The position numbers and the translations under genes are program-made. The notes beneath the pieces were generated by a model. The model searched no databases. It was not told the origin of the DNA and was given only the letters and a program-made list of their open reading frames with translations. From Candidatus Methylomirabilia bacterium (lineage in GTDB: Bacteria; Methylomirabilota; Methylomirabilia; Rokubacteriales; CSP1-6): a stretch of DNA of 62,241 nucleotides. Shown in pieces: positions 9,287-19,043 of the stretch (the stretch's first letter is position 1; each line of letters starts with the position of its first letter). The stretch is taken from assembly GCA_041497895.1 (NCBI GenBank), contig JBGQHJ010000007.1:1-62241 (forward strand), written 5' to 3'.

Positions 9287-9970
9287 ATGACGAACGCGAG
9301 CCCGTTCCGAAGCCGCCTCGAGCACGCCGTCAACGCGCGGCACAGCCGGATGAACCCGTTCACCGAGAAGTGGGTCAACGGGGAGTTGACACGCGCCCAG
9401 CTCGGGCAATGGGTGTGCCAGCATTACCAGTACGTCTCCCAGTTCGCGCGGTGGTGCGCGATCGTCTACGGCGGCTGCCCCGACCCGGACGCGCGGGACT
9501 TCCTGCTCGAGAACATCATCGAGGAGGAGTCCGGCACCAAGCACGTGGACCTTCTGATCCGATTCGGGGAGGCGTGCGGCGTGACCCGGGCCGAGGTCGA
9601 GGGCGCGCGGCAGCTCCCGAGCACGCGCGCGCTGACCGCGTGGTGCTACGAGACCGCGCGCAAGCCCTTCCACATCGCGGCGGCCGGCCTGCTGGTCGGC
9701 CTCGAGTCGCAGGTGCCCGGCATCTACAAGCGCAACCTCCCGCCGCTCAAGACCCACTATGGCTTCACCGACCACGAGGTGGAGTTCTTCGCCATCCACA
9801 TCGAGGCCGACGAGGTGCACGGCGAGCGCGGCTATCAGATCGTCGAGCGTCACAGCACGAATCCGGAGAAGCAGGCCGAAGCCGTCGAGGCGGTCCGAGA
9901 AGCAACCGAGATGCGCTGGCAGTACATGACCGGGCTGCACCGGGCCTTCGTTCTCAAGGAAGACGCGTGA
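9287..9970 (+). CDS. Heme-oxygenase-like diiron protein, CADD/PqqC/TenA family
   Basis: KWVNGELTR, ENIIEEE...H, ESQVP, FFAIHIEADEVH match the CADD-type dimetal ligand pattern; RBS GGAGA. Confidence 0.85.
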   Translation: MTNASPFRSRLEHAVNARHSRMNPFTEKWVNGELTRAQLGQWVCQHYQYVSQFARWCAIVYGGCPDPDARDFLLENIIEEESGTKHVDLLIRFGEACGVTRAEVEGARQLPSTRALTAWCYETARKPFHIAAAGLLVGLESQVPGIYKRNLPPLKTHYGFTDHEVEFFAIHIEADEVHGERGYQIVERHSTNPEKQAEAVEAVREATEMRWQYMTGLHRAFVLKEDA

Positions 9971-10278
9971 GCCTGGCCCGGCGGGTTGCCTCGCTGGACG
10001 AGGTGCCGGCCGGTCACCCGAAGCTGGTGGAACTCGACGGCACCCGGATCGTCCTGGCCCGGGTCGGCGACCTCGTCTACGCGTGCGGCGACGTGTGCGC
10101 CCATCGCGGCGGTCCCCTCAGCGAGGGCAAGCTCAACGGCGTCCGCCTCGCCTGCCCGTGGCACGGCTGGATGTACGACGTGCGCACCGGTCAGTGCGTG
10201 CTCCCGGGCCGCGGGGCGAGCGTGCCGAGCTATCCGGTCCGCCTGGAGGCCGACCAGATCCTCGTGGAGCTGCCGTGA
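9967..10278 (+). CDS. Rieske [2Fe-2S] ferredoxin
   Basis: GTG at 9967 overlaps the upstream stop; CAH...CPWHG Rieske ligands; 103 aa. Confidence 0.92.
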   Translation: MSLARRVASLDEVPAGHPKLVELDGTRIVLARVGDLVYACGDVCAHRGGPLSEGKLNGVRLACPWHGWMYDVRTGQCVLPGRGASVPSYPVRLEADQILVELP

Positions 10279-10724
10279 TCACGGTGAAGCGCCTCACGCT
10301 GGAGGACGCGCTCGTGTTGCTGGCCGCCGCCGAGGCCAAGGCCCGCGCGATCGGAGTGACCGAGACGATCTGCGTCTGCGACGACGGCGGTCATCCCATC
10401 GCGCTCCACCGCATGACCGGGGCGCGGATCACCGGCGTGGAGATCGCCATCGCCAAGGCGTTCACCGCGGCCGGCCATCGTCGGGCCACGCACCGGTTCA
10501 ACCAGCCCCCGGCCGGCCCCGCCTTGCCCGGCAACGAGGCCTTCGGCATCCACGCCATGCACCCGGGCCGCTTCGCGGTGTTCGTAGGAGGGTTCCCGAT
10601 CGAGGTCGACGGCGAGGTGGTCGGCGGCATCGGCATCAGCGGGGGCAACGGGGAACAGGACACCGCGGTGGGGACCGCCGCCCTCGAGGCGTTCGCGCGT
10701 CACCTGGCCGCGACCGGCACCTAG
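10275..10724 (+). CDS. GlcG/HbpS family heme-binding protein
   Basis: GTG at 10275; VCDDGGH, IAIAKAFTA, GGFPIEVDGEVVGGIGISG..GEQD. Confidence 0.9.
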   Translation: MITVKRLTLEDALVLLAAAEAKARAIGVTETICVCDDGGHPIALHRMTGARITGVEIAIAKAFTAAGHRRATHRFNQPPAGPALPGNEAFGIHAMHPGRFAVFVGGFPIEVDGEVVGGIGISGGNGEQDTAVGTAALEAFARHLAATGT

Positions 10725-10731
10725 CCGTCGC

Positions 10732-12621
10732 GTGACGTCACTCCCCGCCCCGGGGACCGTCGCCGGACACCGGGCCGTCTCGCTTGTCGAGCGGGTCGCG
10801 GTCTGGGCCGTCCCGATCGAGATCGCTCTCCTCACCGCCGCGGTCTTCCTGCCCGCGCTCCGGGCCGACTGGACCGACTGGGACGATCCGATCAACTTCC
10901 TGGGCAACCCCTACTACCGGGGCCTCGGGCTGCGGCAGCTTCGCTGGATGCTGACCGCGAACGTGATGGGCCACTGGATCCCGGTCACCTGGCTCACCCT
11001 GGGCGCCGACTACGCGATGTGGGGCATGAGGCCCTTCGGCTACCATCTCACCAACATCCTGTTGCACGCGGCGAGCGGCGGCCTGTTCTACCTCGTGGCG
11101 CGCCGCCTGCTGGGCCTCGCGATGCCCTCGGCGTCCCCACTGGGCCGGGGATGCGGCGCCGTGGCGGCCGCTCTCTTCTTCGCGGTGCATCCGCTCCGGG
11201 TGGAGTCGGTGGCCTGGATCACGGAACGCCGGGATCTCACGTCCGGGCTGTTCTTCCTGCTCACGCTGCTCGCGTACCTCAAGGCTCACGAGCGCCCGGC
11301 CGACGCACGACGTGGCTGGCAGGTCGCGTCCGTCGTGTTCGCCGGGCTCGCGCTGGCCTCGAAGTCGATCGTGATGGGCCTACCCCTCGCCCTGATCATC
11401 CTCGACGTCTACCCGCTTCGGCGCCTCGGGCCGAGCGTTCGGGACTGGGCGAGCCCGCGGGCGTGGTCGGTCTGGCTCGAGAAGATCCCGTTCGCCGCCC
11501 TCGCGGCCGGGGCCGCGGCGACCGCCTACTACGTCCAACGCACGACCGGCTACCTGACCGACGCCGAGCCCGCCGCCCGGGTCGTGATGGTCCTCTACAA
11601 TGTCTGGTTCCACGTATGGAAAACGCTCGTCCCGTCGCGCCTCGGGCCGATCTACGAGCTGCCCGCGCGGCTCAGCCTGATGGATCCCCCGTACCTGTTG
11701 AGCGCGGTCGGGGCGATCGGGATCACCGCGGCGGTTTGGCTTCTGCGCGGGCGCTGGCCGGCGGGCCTCGCGGCGTGGATGTTCTACCTGGTGATGCTGG
11801 CGCCGGTGAGCGGGGTGGTCCACACCGGCAACCATCTCGGGGCCGATCGCAACACCTACGTGCCCTGCGCGGGATTCGCGCTCCTCGTCGGCGCGGCGGT
11901 GGTCGCCGGTGCGGAGGCCCGGCGGCGGCGCGGCGGGTTAGGCACCGCGGTCGCGGTGGTCGCCCTCGGCCTGGCCGGTCTCTGGCTCGCCGGCCTCGCG
12001 ACGATGGCGCGGATCCAGACCGGGGTCTGGCACGACCCGGAGACACTCTGGCGCCGCGGGATCGAGGTCGATCCCGCCTGCTCCATCTGCGCTCACAACC
12101 TGGCGATCATCATGCAGCGCCGCGGGGAGTCGGAGGCGAGCCTGGTCCTCTTCCGGCGGGCGCTGTCCCTCCGGCCCGATCGGTCCGAGTTCCACGGCAA
12201 CTATGGCCTTCTGCTGCTGCAGATGGGACGGCGCGACGAGGGAGAGGCCGAGCTGCGGTACCGGCTCGCCCGCAATCCTGGCGACTTCGTCGCGCGCACC
12301 AACCTGGGCATCGCCCTGATCGAGGACGGTCAGCTGACCGACGCCATCGGACAGCTCGAGCAGGCGCTGCGCGTCAAGCCCGACTCGGTGCCCGCCCTCG
12401 ACGCGCTCGGCCGGGCCCTGCTCACCGACGGCCGCGTGGACCGGGCGATGGCCGCGTTCGAGCAGGCGCTCGCGGTGAACCCGACCGACCCGGTGGGCCG
12501 GCTGGGAATGGCCCGCGTCTACCTCGCCCGCGGCGACCGCGCCGCCGCCCGCGCGCAGTACGAGATCCTCCGCGAGCGCGACCCGCAGCTCGCCGCTCGG
12601 GTCGAGCAGGAGTTTCGGTAG
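10732..12621 (+). CDS. TMTC-like GT-C membrane glycosyltransferase with C-terminal TPRs
   Basis: DWDD, YHLTNILLH, FAVHPLRVESVAWITERRD, ADRNTY, many TM segments, then TPR repeats. Confidence 0.8.
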   Translation: MTSLPAPGTVAGHRAVSLVERVAVWAVPIEIALLTAAVFLPALRADWTDWDDPINFLGNPYYRGLGLRQLRWMLTANVMGHWIPVTWLTLGADYAMWGMRPFGYHLTNILLHAASGGLFYLVARRLLGLAMPSASPLGRGCGAVAAALFFAVHPLRVESVAWITERRDLTSGLFFLLTLLAYLKAHERPADARRGWQVASVVFAGLALASKSIVMGLPLALIILDVYPLRRLGPSVRDWASPRAWSVWLEKIPFAALAAGAAATAYYVQRTTGYLTDAEPAARVVMVLYNVWFHVWKTLVPSRLGPIYELPARLSLMDPPYLLSAVGAIGITAAVWLLRGRWPAGLAAWMFYLVMLAPVSGVVHTGNHLGADRNTYVPCAGFALLVGAAVVAGAEARRRRGGLGTAVAVVALGLAGLWLAGLATMARIQTGVWHDPETLWRRGIEVDPACSICAHNLAIIMQRRGESEASLVLFRRALSLRPDRSEFHGNYGLLLLQMGRRDEGEAELRYRLARNPGDFVARTNLGIALIEDGQLTDAIGQLEQALRVKPDSVPALDALGRALLTDGRVDRAMAAFEQALAVNPTDPVGRLGMARVYLARGDRAAARAQYEILRERDPQLAARVEQEFR

Positions 12622-12654
12622 AGCCCGGCCGTTTCGGTGTAGACTCCCAGCGAA

Positions 12655-13431
12655 GTGGCCACGGAAGCGATCTCGGTCCAGCATCTGTCGAAGCTCTACA
12701 CGACGCGGGATGGCGGCGTCGCCGCCCTCGAGCGGATCAGCTTCTCCGTGGACGAGGGCGAGTTCGTGGCGGTGGTCGGGCCCTCGGGCTGCGGGAAGTC
12801 GACCCTGCTCAAGATCCTCGCCGGTCTCCTGACGCCCTCCGCCGGGAGCGCGTCCCTCCGTGGCAGCACCATCCAGGGCCCGCGCCGGGACATCGGCGTC
12901 GTCTTCCAGTCCCCCGTCCTCTTCCCGTGGCGCACCGTCCTCGACAACGTGCTCCTGCCCATCGACGTGCAGGGCCTAGGCCGGCAGCGCTTCATGCCCG
13001 CGGCGATGGACCTGCTCGCCCTGGTCGGCCTGCGCGAGTTCGAGCGCCGGTATCCGTGGGAGCTGTCCGGTGGCATGCAGCAGCGTGTCGCGATCACGCG
13101 CGCCCTCATCCACGACCCGGCCATGCTCCTGATGGACGAGCCCTTCGGGGCGCTCGACGCCATGACCCGCGAGCACATGAACCTCGAGCTGCAGCGGATC
13201 TGGCTGGAGAGGAAGAAGACCGTCTTCTTCATCACCCACTCGATCCCGGAGGCGGTCTTCCTCGCCGATCGGGTTCTGGTCATGACTCCGCGTCCCGGCC
13301 GGGTCGTGGACGATCTGCGGATCAAGCTGGCGCGGCCACGCTCGCTCGATCTCATGACCACTCCCGAGTTCGGCGACTATACGCGCCACATCCGGGGCCT
13401 GTTCAACGTGAAGGGAGGCCTCGACGCGTGA
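12655..13431 (+). CDS. ABC transporter ATP-binding protein (SsuB/TauB/NrtD type)
   Basis: GPSGCGKS, LSGGMQQR, LLMDEPFGALD, ITH. Confidence 0.95.
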   Translation: MATEAISVQHLSKLYTTRDGGVAALERISFSVDEGEFVAVVGPSGCGKSTLLKILAGLLTPSAGSASLRGSTIQGPRRDIGVVFQSPVLFPWRTVLDNVLLPIDVQGLGRQRFMPAAMDLLALVGLREFERRYPWELSGGMQQRVAITRALIHDPAMLLMDEPFGALDAMTREHMNLELQRIWLERKKTVFFITHSIPEAVFLADRVLVMTPRPGRVVDDLRIKLARPRSLDLMTTPEFGDYTRHIRGLFNVKGGLDA

Positions 13432-14219
13432 GGAGCACGAGGAACGTCGCGCTGAGCGTCCTGCTGTTCTGCGTCTCGGTCGGGGGCTGGGAAGCACTGG
13501 TGCGCGCCTTCGAGGTGCCCGCCTTCATCCTGCCCCCACCCTCGCAGGTTGCGCTGGCCCTCTGGCGCGGCTTCAGCAGCGGGCTCTACCTCGAGCACCT
13601 CGCCCACACGCTGCTCGAGACACTCCTCGGCTTCATTGCGGGCTCCGCGCTTGGCCTGGTCCTCGGCACCGCGGTGGCCCTGAGCCGTCCGGTCGAGTTC
13701 TTCCTCTACCCGTACATCGTCATGTTCCAGTCGCTCCCCAAGGTGGCCCTGGCTCCGCTCATCGTGGTCTGGTTCGGGCTCGGCCTCACCTCCAAGGTGA
13801 TCAACGCGGCCCTGATCGCCTTCTTCCCGCTCCTGGTCAACACCATGGTCGGTCTCCGGTCCGCCGACGAGGACCGGGTGAGCCTGATGCGCTCGCTGGC
13901 CGCGAGCGAGCGCCAGATCTTCTGGATGCTGCGCCTGCCCAACTCGCTCCCCTTCGTGATGGCCGGGCTCGACGTGGCGATGATCTTCGCCCTGATCGGC
14001 GCCATCGTGGCCGAGTTCGTCGGGGCCCAGAAGGGCCTCGGCATGCTGATCCAGTCCATGAACTTCAACATGGACGTCTCCGGGCAGTTCTCCATCCTCC
14101 TGATCCTCTCGGTGGTGGGCCTGCTCCTCAACCGCGGGGTCATGATGATTCGCAAGCGCGTCCTCTTCTGGGATCCGTCCGAGAAGCAGCGTATCGAACA
14201 GGAAAGGGTCAGCGCATGA
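13428..14219 (+). CDS. ABC transporter permease (SsuC/TauC type)
   Basis: GTG at 13428; ILPPPSQV, QSLPKVALAPL, GAIVAEF...GLG. Confidence 0.92.
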   Translation: MRSTRNVALSVLLFCVSVGGWEALVRAFEVPAFILPPPSQVALALWRGFSSGLYLEHLAHTLLETLLGFIAGSALGLVLGTAVALSRPVEFFLYPYIVMFQSLPKVALAPLIVVWFGLGLTSKVINAALIAFFPLLVNTMVGLRSADEDRVSLMRSLAASERQIFWMLRLPNSLPFVMAGLDVAMIFALIGAIVAEFVGAQKGLGMLIQSMNFNMDVSGQFSILLILSVVGLLLNRGVMMIRKRVLFWDPSEKQRIEQERVSA

Positions 14220-15301
14220 TCGCCCGTCCCCGTGTTCTCGGCGTCCGCCTCCTCCTCCTGGCCGCCGCCACGCTCCTCCCGTGTCTCGCCCCCGCCGCCG
14301 CGCCCGCCCAGACCAAGCTCCGGGTGGGCTGGTGCGCCAGGACGATCTCGAGCGCGGCGACCCCGTTCGCGGTGGCCACCAAGATGGGCTGGTACAAGCA
14401 GGACGGCGTCGAGGTCGAGCTCATCCCGCTCGCCGGCTCGGGCGACTGCACGAAGACCGTCGCCACCAAGGAGATCAACTTCGCGCTGCCGAGCGTGGAG
14501 CCGTTGGCCGCGGCCCGCCCCCAGGGGGTGAAGGCCAAGATCTTCTACACCGCGTACCAGGGCAACATCTACGGCATCGCGGTGCCCGCGGACAGCCCGG
14601 TGCAGAAGATGACCGATCTCAAGGGCAAGACCATCGGGGTCATCTCGATGGGCTCGGCCGGGGTGCAGATCGCGCGGGCCCTCGCCGCCACCAGCGGCAT
14701 GGACCCGGTCTCCGACATCAACGTGGTGGTGGCGGGAGAGGGCGCCCAGACCGCCGCGATGCTCCGGAGCCGGCAGGTGGACGCGCTCAGCCAGTATGAC
14801 ACCCAGTACGCTATGGTGGAGAACGCGGGGGTGAAGCTCCGCATCCTCGACACCCGGGCCATCGACCGCTACCCGTCGAACGGCTTCCTGGCCCTCGAGG
14901 ACACGCTGCGGAGCCGGCCCAAGGAGGCGGCCGCGGTCGCCCGGGGCTACGCGAAGGGGACGATCTTCGCCATCAACAATCCGGAGGCGGCGATCCGGAT
15001 GCTCTACGAAGTGTATCCGCAGACGCGCCCGACCGGCAAGGACGAGGCCACCGCGATTCGCGACGACGTCAAGGTGCTGCAGGCGCGCATCGTCAACTGG
15101 AAGCTCGACAAGGCGGGCGTGGCCAAGTGGGGCGAGAACTCGGAGGCCAACTACGCGGCCTACGCCGACTTCCTCCTCAAGTGGGGCGTGATCAAGGAGA
15201 AGGTGGACGTGAAGGATCTGATCACCAACGAGCTGATCGGCGCAATCAACAACTTCGATCCGGCCAAGGTCGCGGCCGAGGCCCGCGCCTACAAGAGGTG
15301 A
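14216..15301 (+). CDS. ABC transporter substrate-binding protein (SsuA/NMT1/THI5-like)
   Basis: Signal peptide; DLKGKTIGV, GWYKQDGVEVE; operon context. Confidence 0.88.
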   Translation: MIARPRVLGVRLLLLAAATLLPCLAPAAAPAQTKLRVGWCARTISSAATPFAVATKMGWYKQDGVEVELIPLAGSGDCTKTVATKEINFALPSVEPLAAARPQGVKAKIFYTAYQGNIYGIAVPADSPVQKMTDLKGKTIGVISMGSAGVQIARALAATSGMDPVSDINVVVAGEGAQTAAMLRSRQVDALSQYDTQYAMVENAGVKLRILDTRAIDRYPSNGFLALEDTLRSRPKEAAAVARGYAKGTIFAINNPEAAIRMLYEVYPQTRPTGKDEATAIRDDVKVLQARIVNWKLDKAGVAKWGENSEANYAAYADFLLKWGVIKEKVDVKDLITNELIGAINNFDPAKVAAEARAYKR

Positions 15302-15306
15302 ATGCC

Positions 15307-17418
15307 ATGGCAGCCAGCGGGAATCCGTCGCGCATCGGGGTCGACATCGGCGGCACCTTCACCGATCTGGTCTGGGTCGACGAGACCACCGGCGCCGTCC
15401 GCGTCGGCAAGCTCCTGACCACGCCCAAGGACCCGTCGCAGGCCGTCGAGGAGGGCGTGGTCACGCTGCTCCACGAGGCGGGTGCGGGGACGGTCGGGGT
15501 TCGGGCCCTGATCCACGGCACGACGCTGGCCACCAACGCCCTGATCGAGCGGAAGGGCGCGCGCGTCGGGCTGCTCGCGACCTCCGGGTTCCGGGACGCG
15601 GTCGAGATCGGGCGGGAGGGTCGCTACGACATGTACGACCTCTTCATCGACCCGCCGGTGCCCCTGGTCCCACGCCAGCTCCGGATCGAGGTCTCCGAGC
15701 GCATCCTGGCCGACGGCGCGGTCCTTCGCCCGCTCGACCCAGCCCAGGCGCGCGCGGCCATCGCGGAGCTCCGGACCCTGGGGGTGGAGGCGATCGCGAT
15801 CTGCCTGCTCCACGCGTACCGGAACCCGGTCCACGAGCGCGCCCTCGCCGCGCTCTGCGCCGAGATCCTCCCCGGGATCCCGGTCTCGTGCTCCTCCGAC
15901 GTGGTGCCGGAGATTCGCGAGTACTAGCGCACCTCGACCACCACCGCGAACGTGTACGTGATGCCACTGATGGCGCGCTACCTCGACGATCTGGAGCGCA
16001 AGCTGCAGGCGCTCGGCGTCCCCGGCCGGCTCTACGTCATGATGTCCGCGGGCGGCATCGCCACGCCCGAGACGGCCAAGCGGGTGCCGATCCGGCTCGT
16101 GGAGTCGGGCCCGGCCGCGGGAGCGCTGGCGGCCGCGCGCAGCGCGCGGCAGGTGGGCCTGGATCGGCTGCTCTCCTTCGATATGGGCGGCACCACCGCC
16201 AAGGCCTGCGTGATCGACCGTGGCGAGCCCCTGCTCGCGCGCGAGTTCGAGGTCGCGCGCGCCGACCGCTTCAAGAAGGGCTCGGGGCTTCCCATCCGGG
16301 TGCCGGTGGTGGAGCTGATCGAGATCGGGGCGGGCGGCGGCTCGGTGGCCCGCGTGGATCGCATGGGTCTCCTGAAAGTCGGCCCGGACAGCGCGGGCGC
16401 CGACCCGGGACCGGCCTGCTACGGGGCCGGCGGGCAGGAGCCGACCGTCACGGACGCCGACCTGCTCCTGGGCTACCTGGACGCCGATTTCTTCCTGGGC
16501 GGCCGCATGCGGCTCGACGTCGAGGCAGCCCGGCGGGCCGTCGAGGCACGCGTGGCGCGGCCGATGGGCCTGGGCCTCACCGAGGCCGCCTGGGGCATCC
16601 ACCGGGTCGTCAACGAGAACATGGCGGGGGCCGCGCGAGTGCACGGGATCGAGCGCGGCAAGGACCTGCGCGGCTACCCGCTCTTCGCCTTCGGCGGAGC
16701 GGGGCCGGTCCACGCCTGGCAGGTCGGCCGCATCCTGCGTGTCCCGCAGGTGATCGTTCCCTACGGCGCGGGCGCGCTCTCCGCGTACGGGCTGCTGGCC
16801 GCCCCGCTCGCGTTCGACTTCGTGCGGACCGCACCCCAGCGATTGACCACCGCCGACTGGGCGCTCGTCAACCGCCTGTTCGAGGAGATGGAAGCGGAGG
16901 GGCGGCGCATCTTGCGAGGCGCCGGAGTGCCCGACGGGGAGGTCACGGTCCGGCGGAGCGCCGAGATGCGCTACTTCGGGCAGGGACACGAGGTGGACGT
17001 GGAGATCCCGTCGCGGACCCTGGGAGCGGACAGCCTGCCGGCCATCACCGCGTCGTTCGAGACGGCCTATCGCCTCCTCTACAGCCGGACACCCATGGGG
17101 GTGCCGCTCGAGGCCCTCAACTGGCGCGCGGTCATCTCCGGACCCCCGCCGGATCTAACCATCACGAGCGGGCTCGGCGTCGGCACCACGACCGTGCCCA
17201 CCGCCAAGAAGCATCGGGCTGCCTACTTTCCGGAGGCGGACGGCTACGCGGAGACCCCGGTCTACGATCGCTACGGACTGGAGCCGGGAGCCCGCCTCGC
17301 GGGCCCCGCCATCGTGGAGGAGCGGGAGTCCACCACCGTCATTGGACCCGGCGCGCTCGTCTCGGTGGACGCCCACCGGAATCTGGTGGCCGAGCCGGCA
17401 CCCGGAGGGACACGCTGA
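15307..17418 (+). pseudogene. Hydantoinase/oxoprolinase A subunit interrupted by one in-frame TAG (15925-15927)
   Basis: IGVDIGGTFTD, HGTTLATNALIER, EIREY*RTSTT, ESGPAAG, DMGGTT, GAGGGS, PTVTDA; both halves are in the same frame. Confidence 0.8.
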
Positions 17419-19037
17419 TGGACCCGATCACGCTCGACATCTGCTGGAGCCGCCTCATCGGAGTGGTCAACGAGCAGGCCGCCGCCCTCATGCGCACGTC
17501 GTTCACGTCCATCGTGCGAGAGGCGGGTGACCTCTCGGCCGGCGTCTTCGACCGGCGCGGCTACATGATCGCCCAGGCGGTCACCGGCACGCCCGGGCAC
17601 ATCAACTCGATGGCGCTCGCCATGAAGCACATCCTGGCCGCGTACCCGATCGAGCGGCTCGAGCCCGGCGACGTGCTCATCACCAACGATCCGTGGAAGA
17701 CCTCCGGCCACCTCAACGACGTCACGGTATGCAACCCGATCTTCCGGGGCCGAGACTGCGTCGCGTTCTTCGCCTCGACCTGCCACAGTGCGGACATCGG
17801 CGGCCACGTCCTGTCCGCCGAAGCGCGCGAGGTCTACGAAGAGGGACTCTTCATCCCGATCATGAAGCTCTACGAGGGCGGACGGCTCAACGAGTCGCTG
17901 GCCGCGATCATCCGAAGCAACACGCGAGTCCCGGATCTCGTGATGGGCGACTTCCACGCCCAGGTGGCGGGAGGCGCGGTGGGCGGGGAGCGGCTGCTCG
18001 AGTTCATGGACGAGTTCGGCATCGAGCGGCTCGAGCCGCTCGCCGACGAGATCATCACCCGAACCGAGCGCGCGATGCGCCAGGCGATCGGCGAGCTGCG
18101 GCCTGGCCAGTACCGCTACCGCCTCACCTCGGACGGGTTCGACGAGCCGATCACGATCGCGGTGCGGTGTGAGGTGAGTGGGCAAGACCTGTGGGTCGAC
18201 TTCACCGGCTCCTCACCGGCCAGTCGGCGCGGCATCAACGTGGTCATGAACTACACCGAGGCCTACACGACCTACGGGGTCAAGGTCATCGTGAGCCCCG
18301 ACGTCCCGAACAACGAGGGGGCGTTCCGGGTGCTGCGCATCACCGCCCCCGAGGGCTCCATCCTCAACGTGCAGCACCCGGCCCCGGTGGCCGCCCGCCA
18401 CATCATCGGCCACTTCCTGCCTCACGTGGTCGCGGGCGCGTTGAAGGAGGCGGTGCCGGATCGGGTCATGGCCGAGGGCTCGGCCAATATCTGGGGCATC
18501 CAGCTCACCGGCAAGAATCGGGACCGCTCCCCCTGGGTCTATACCTTCTTCAGCTCGGGTGGCACCGGGGCCCGGCCGGCGCAAGACGGGCTCTCGGCGA
18601 CCGCCTTCCCCTCGGGAGTGCTCGGCACGCCGGTGGAGGTGGTCGAGTCGCTGGCGCCGCTGCTGATCGAGCGCAAGGCGTTGCGAGACGGATCCGGCGG
18701 AGATGGGCGCTACCGGGGCGGGCTCGGGCAGGTGATCGCCTTCCGGGTGCGCTCCGACGAGCCGGCCACATGCTCGGTGCTGTGCGACCGCACCCGGATC
18801 CCGGCACAGGGCTTTTTCGGAGGCCTCCCGGGCCTACCCGGGCAGGTCTTGATCAACGGGCGAGCTCCCGACAACCCGAAGGCCGAGCAGACGCTGCGCG
18901 CGGGGGATCTGGTCGAGGTGCTCCTGCCGGGAGGGGGCGGGTACGGCCCGCCTGCGGAGCGCGACCCCGCGCTGCGGGACCGCGACCGGCAGCAGGGCTA
19001 CGTCGTCACGGCGAGTCGAGGCGCAACGGGCGGCTGA
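17418..19037 (+). CDS. Hydantoinase B/oxoprolinase family protein
   Basis: ATG at 17418 (TGATG overlap); MDPITL, RTSFTSIVREAGD, NDPW..SGHLND, HSADIGG, PGGGGYG. Confidence 0.92.
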   Translation: MDPITLDICWSRLIGVVNEQAAALMRTSFTSIVREAGDLSAGVFDRRGYMIAQAVTGTPGHINSMALAMKHILAAYPIERLEPGDVLITNDPWKTSGHLNDVTVCNPIFRGRDCVAFFASTCHSADIGGHVLSAEAREVYEEGLFIPIMKLYEGGRLNESLAAIIRSNTRVPDLVMGDFHAQVAGGAVGGERLLEFMDEFGIERLEPLADEIITRTERAMRQAIGELRPGQYRYRLTSDGFDEPITIAVRCEVSGQDLWVDFTGSSPASRRGINVVMNYTEAYTTYGVKVIVSPDVPNNEGAFRVLRITAPEGSILNVQHPAPVAARHIIGHFLPHVVAGALKEAVPDRVMAEGSANIWGIQLTGKNRDRSPWVYTFFSSGGTGARPAQDGLSATAFPSGVLGTPVEVVESLAPLLIERKALRDGSGGDGRYRGGLGQVIAFRVRSDEPATCSVLCDRTRIPAQGFFGGLPGLPGQVLINGRAPDNPKAEQTLRAGDLVEVLLPGGGGYGPPAERDPALRDRDRQQGYVVTASRGATGG

Positions 19038-19043
19038 CGGGGC

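Noticed and set aside
9287..9970. PQQ biosynthesis gene pqqC, or a true CADD pABA synthase
   Set aside because: No pqqABDE genes are nearby, and the CADD sacrificial Tyr and Lys positions appear substituted.
11019..13427. Very long N-terminal extensions in the ORF track (11019, 15888, 40119, 43494, 3621, 61801 and others)
   Set aside because: They are Arg/Pro/Gly-rich off-frame read-ins across upstream genes. The true starts are at stop/start overlaps or RBSs further downstream.
15925..15927. Pyrrolysine or genome-wide TAG recoding
   Set aside because: TAG ends many intact genes here (for example at 10724, 12621 and rpmJ), no pyl genes are present, and the position is normally Glu, one substitution away.
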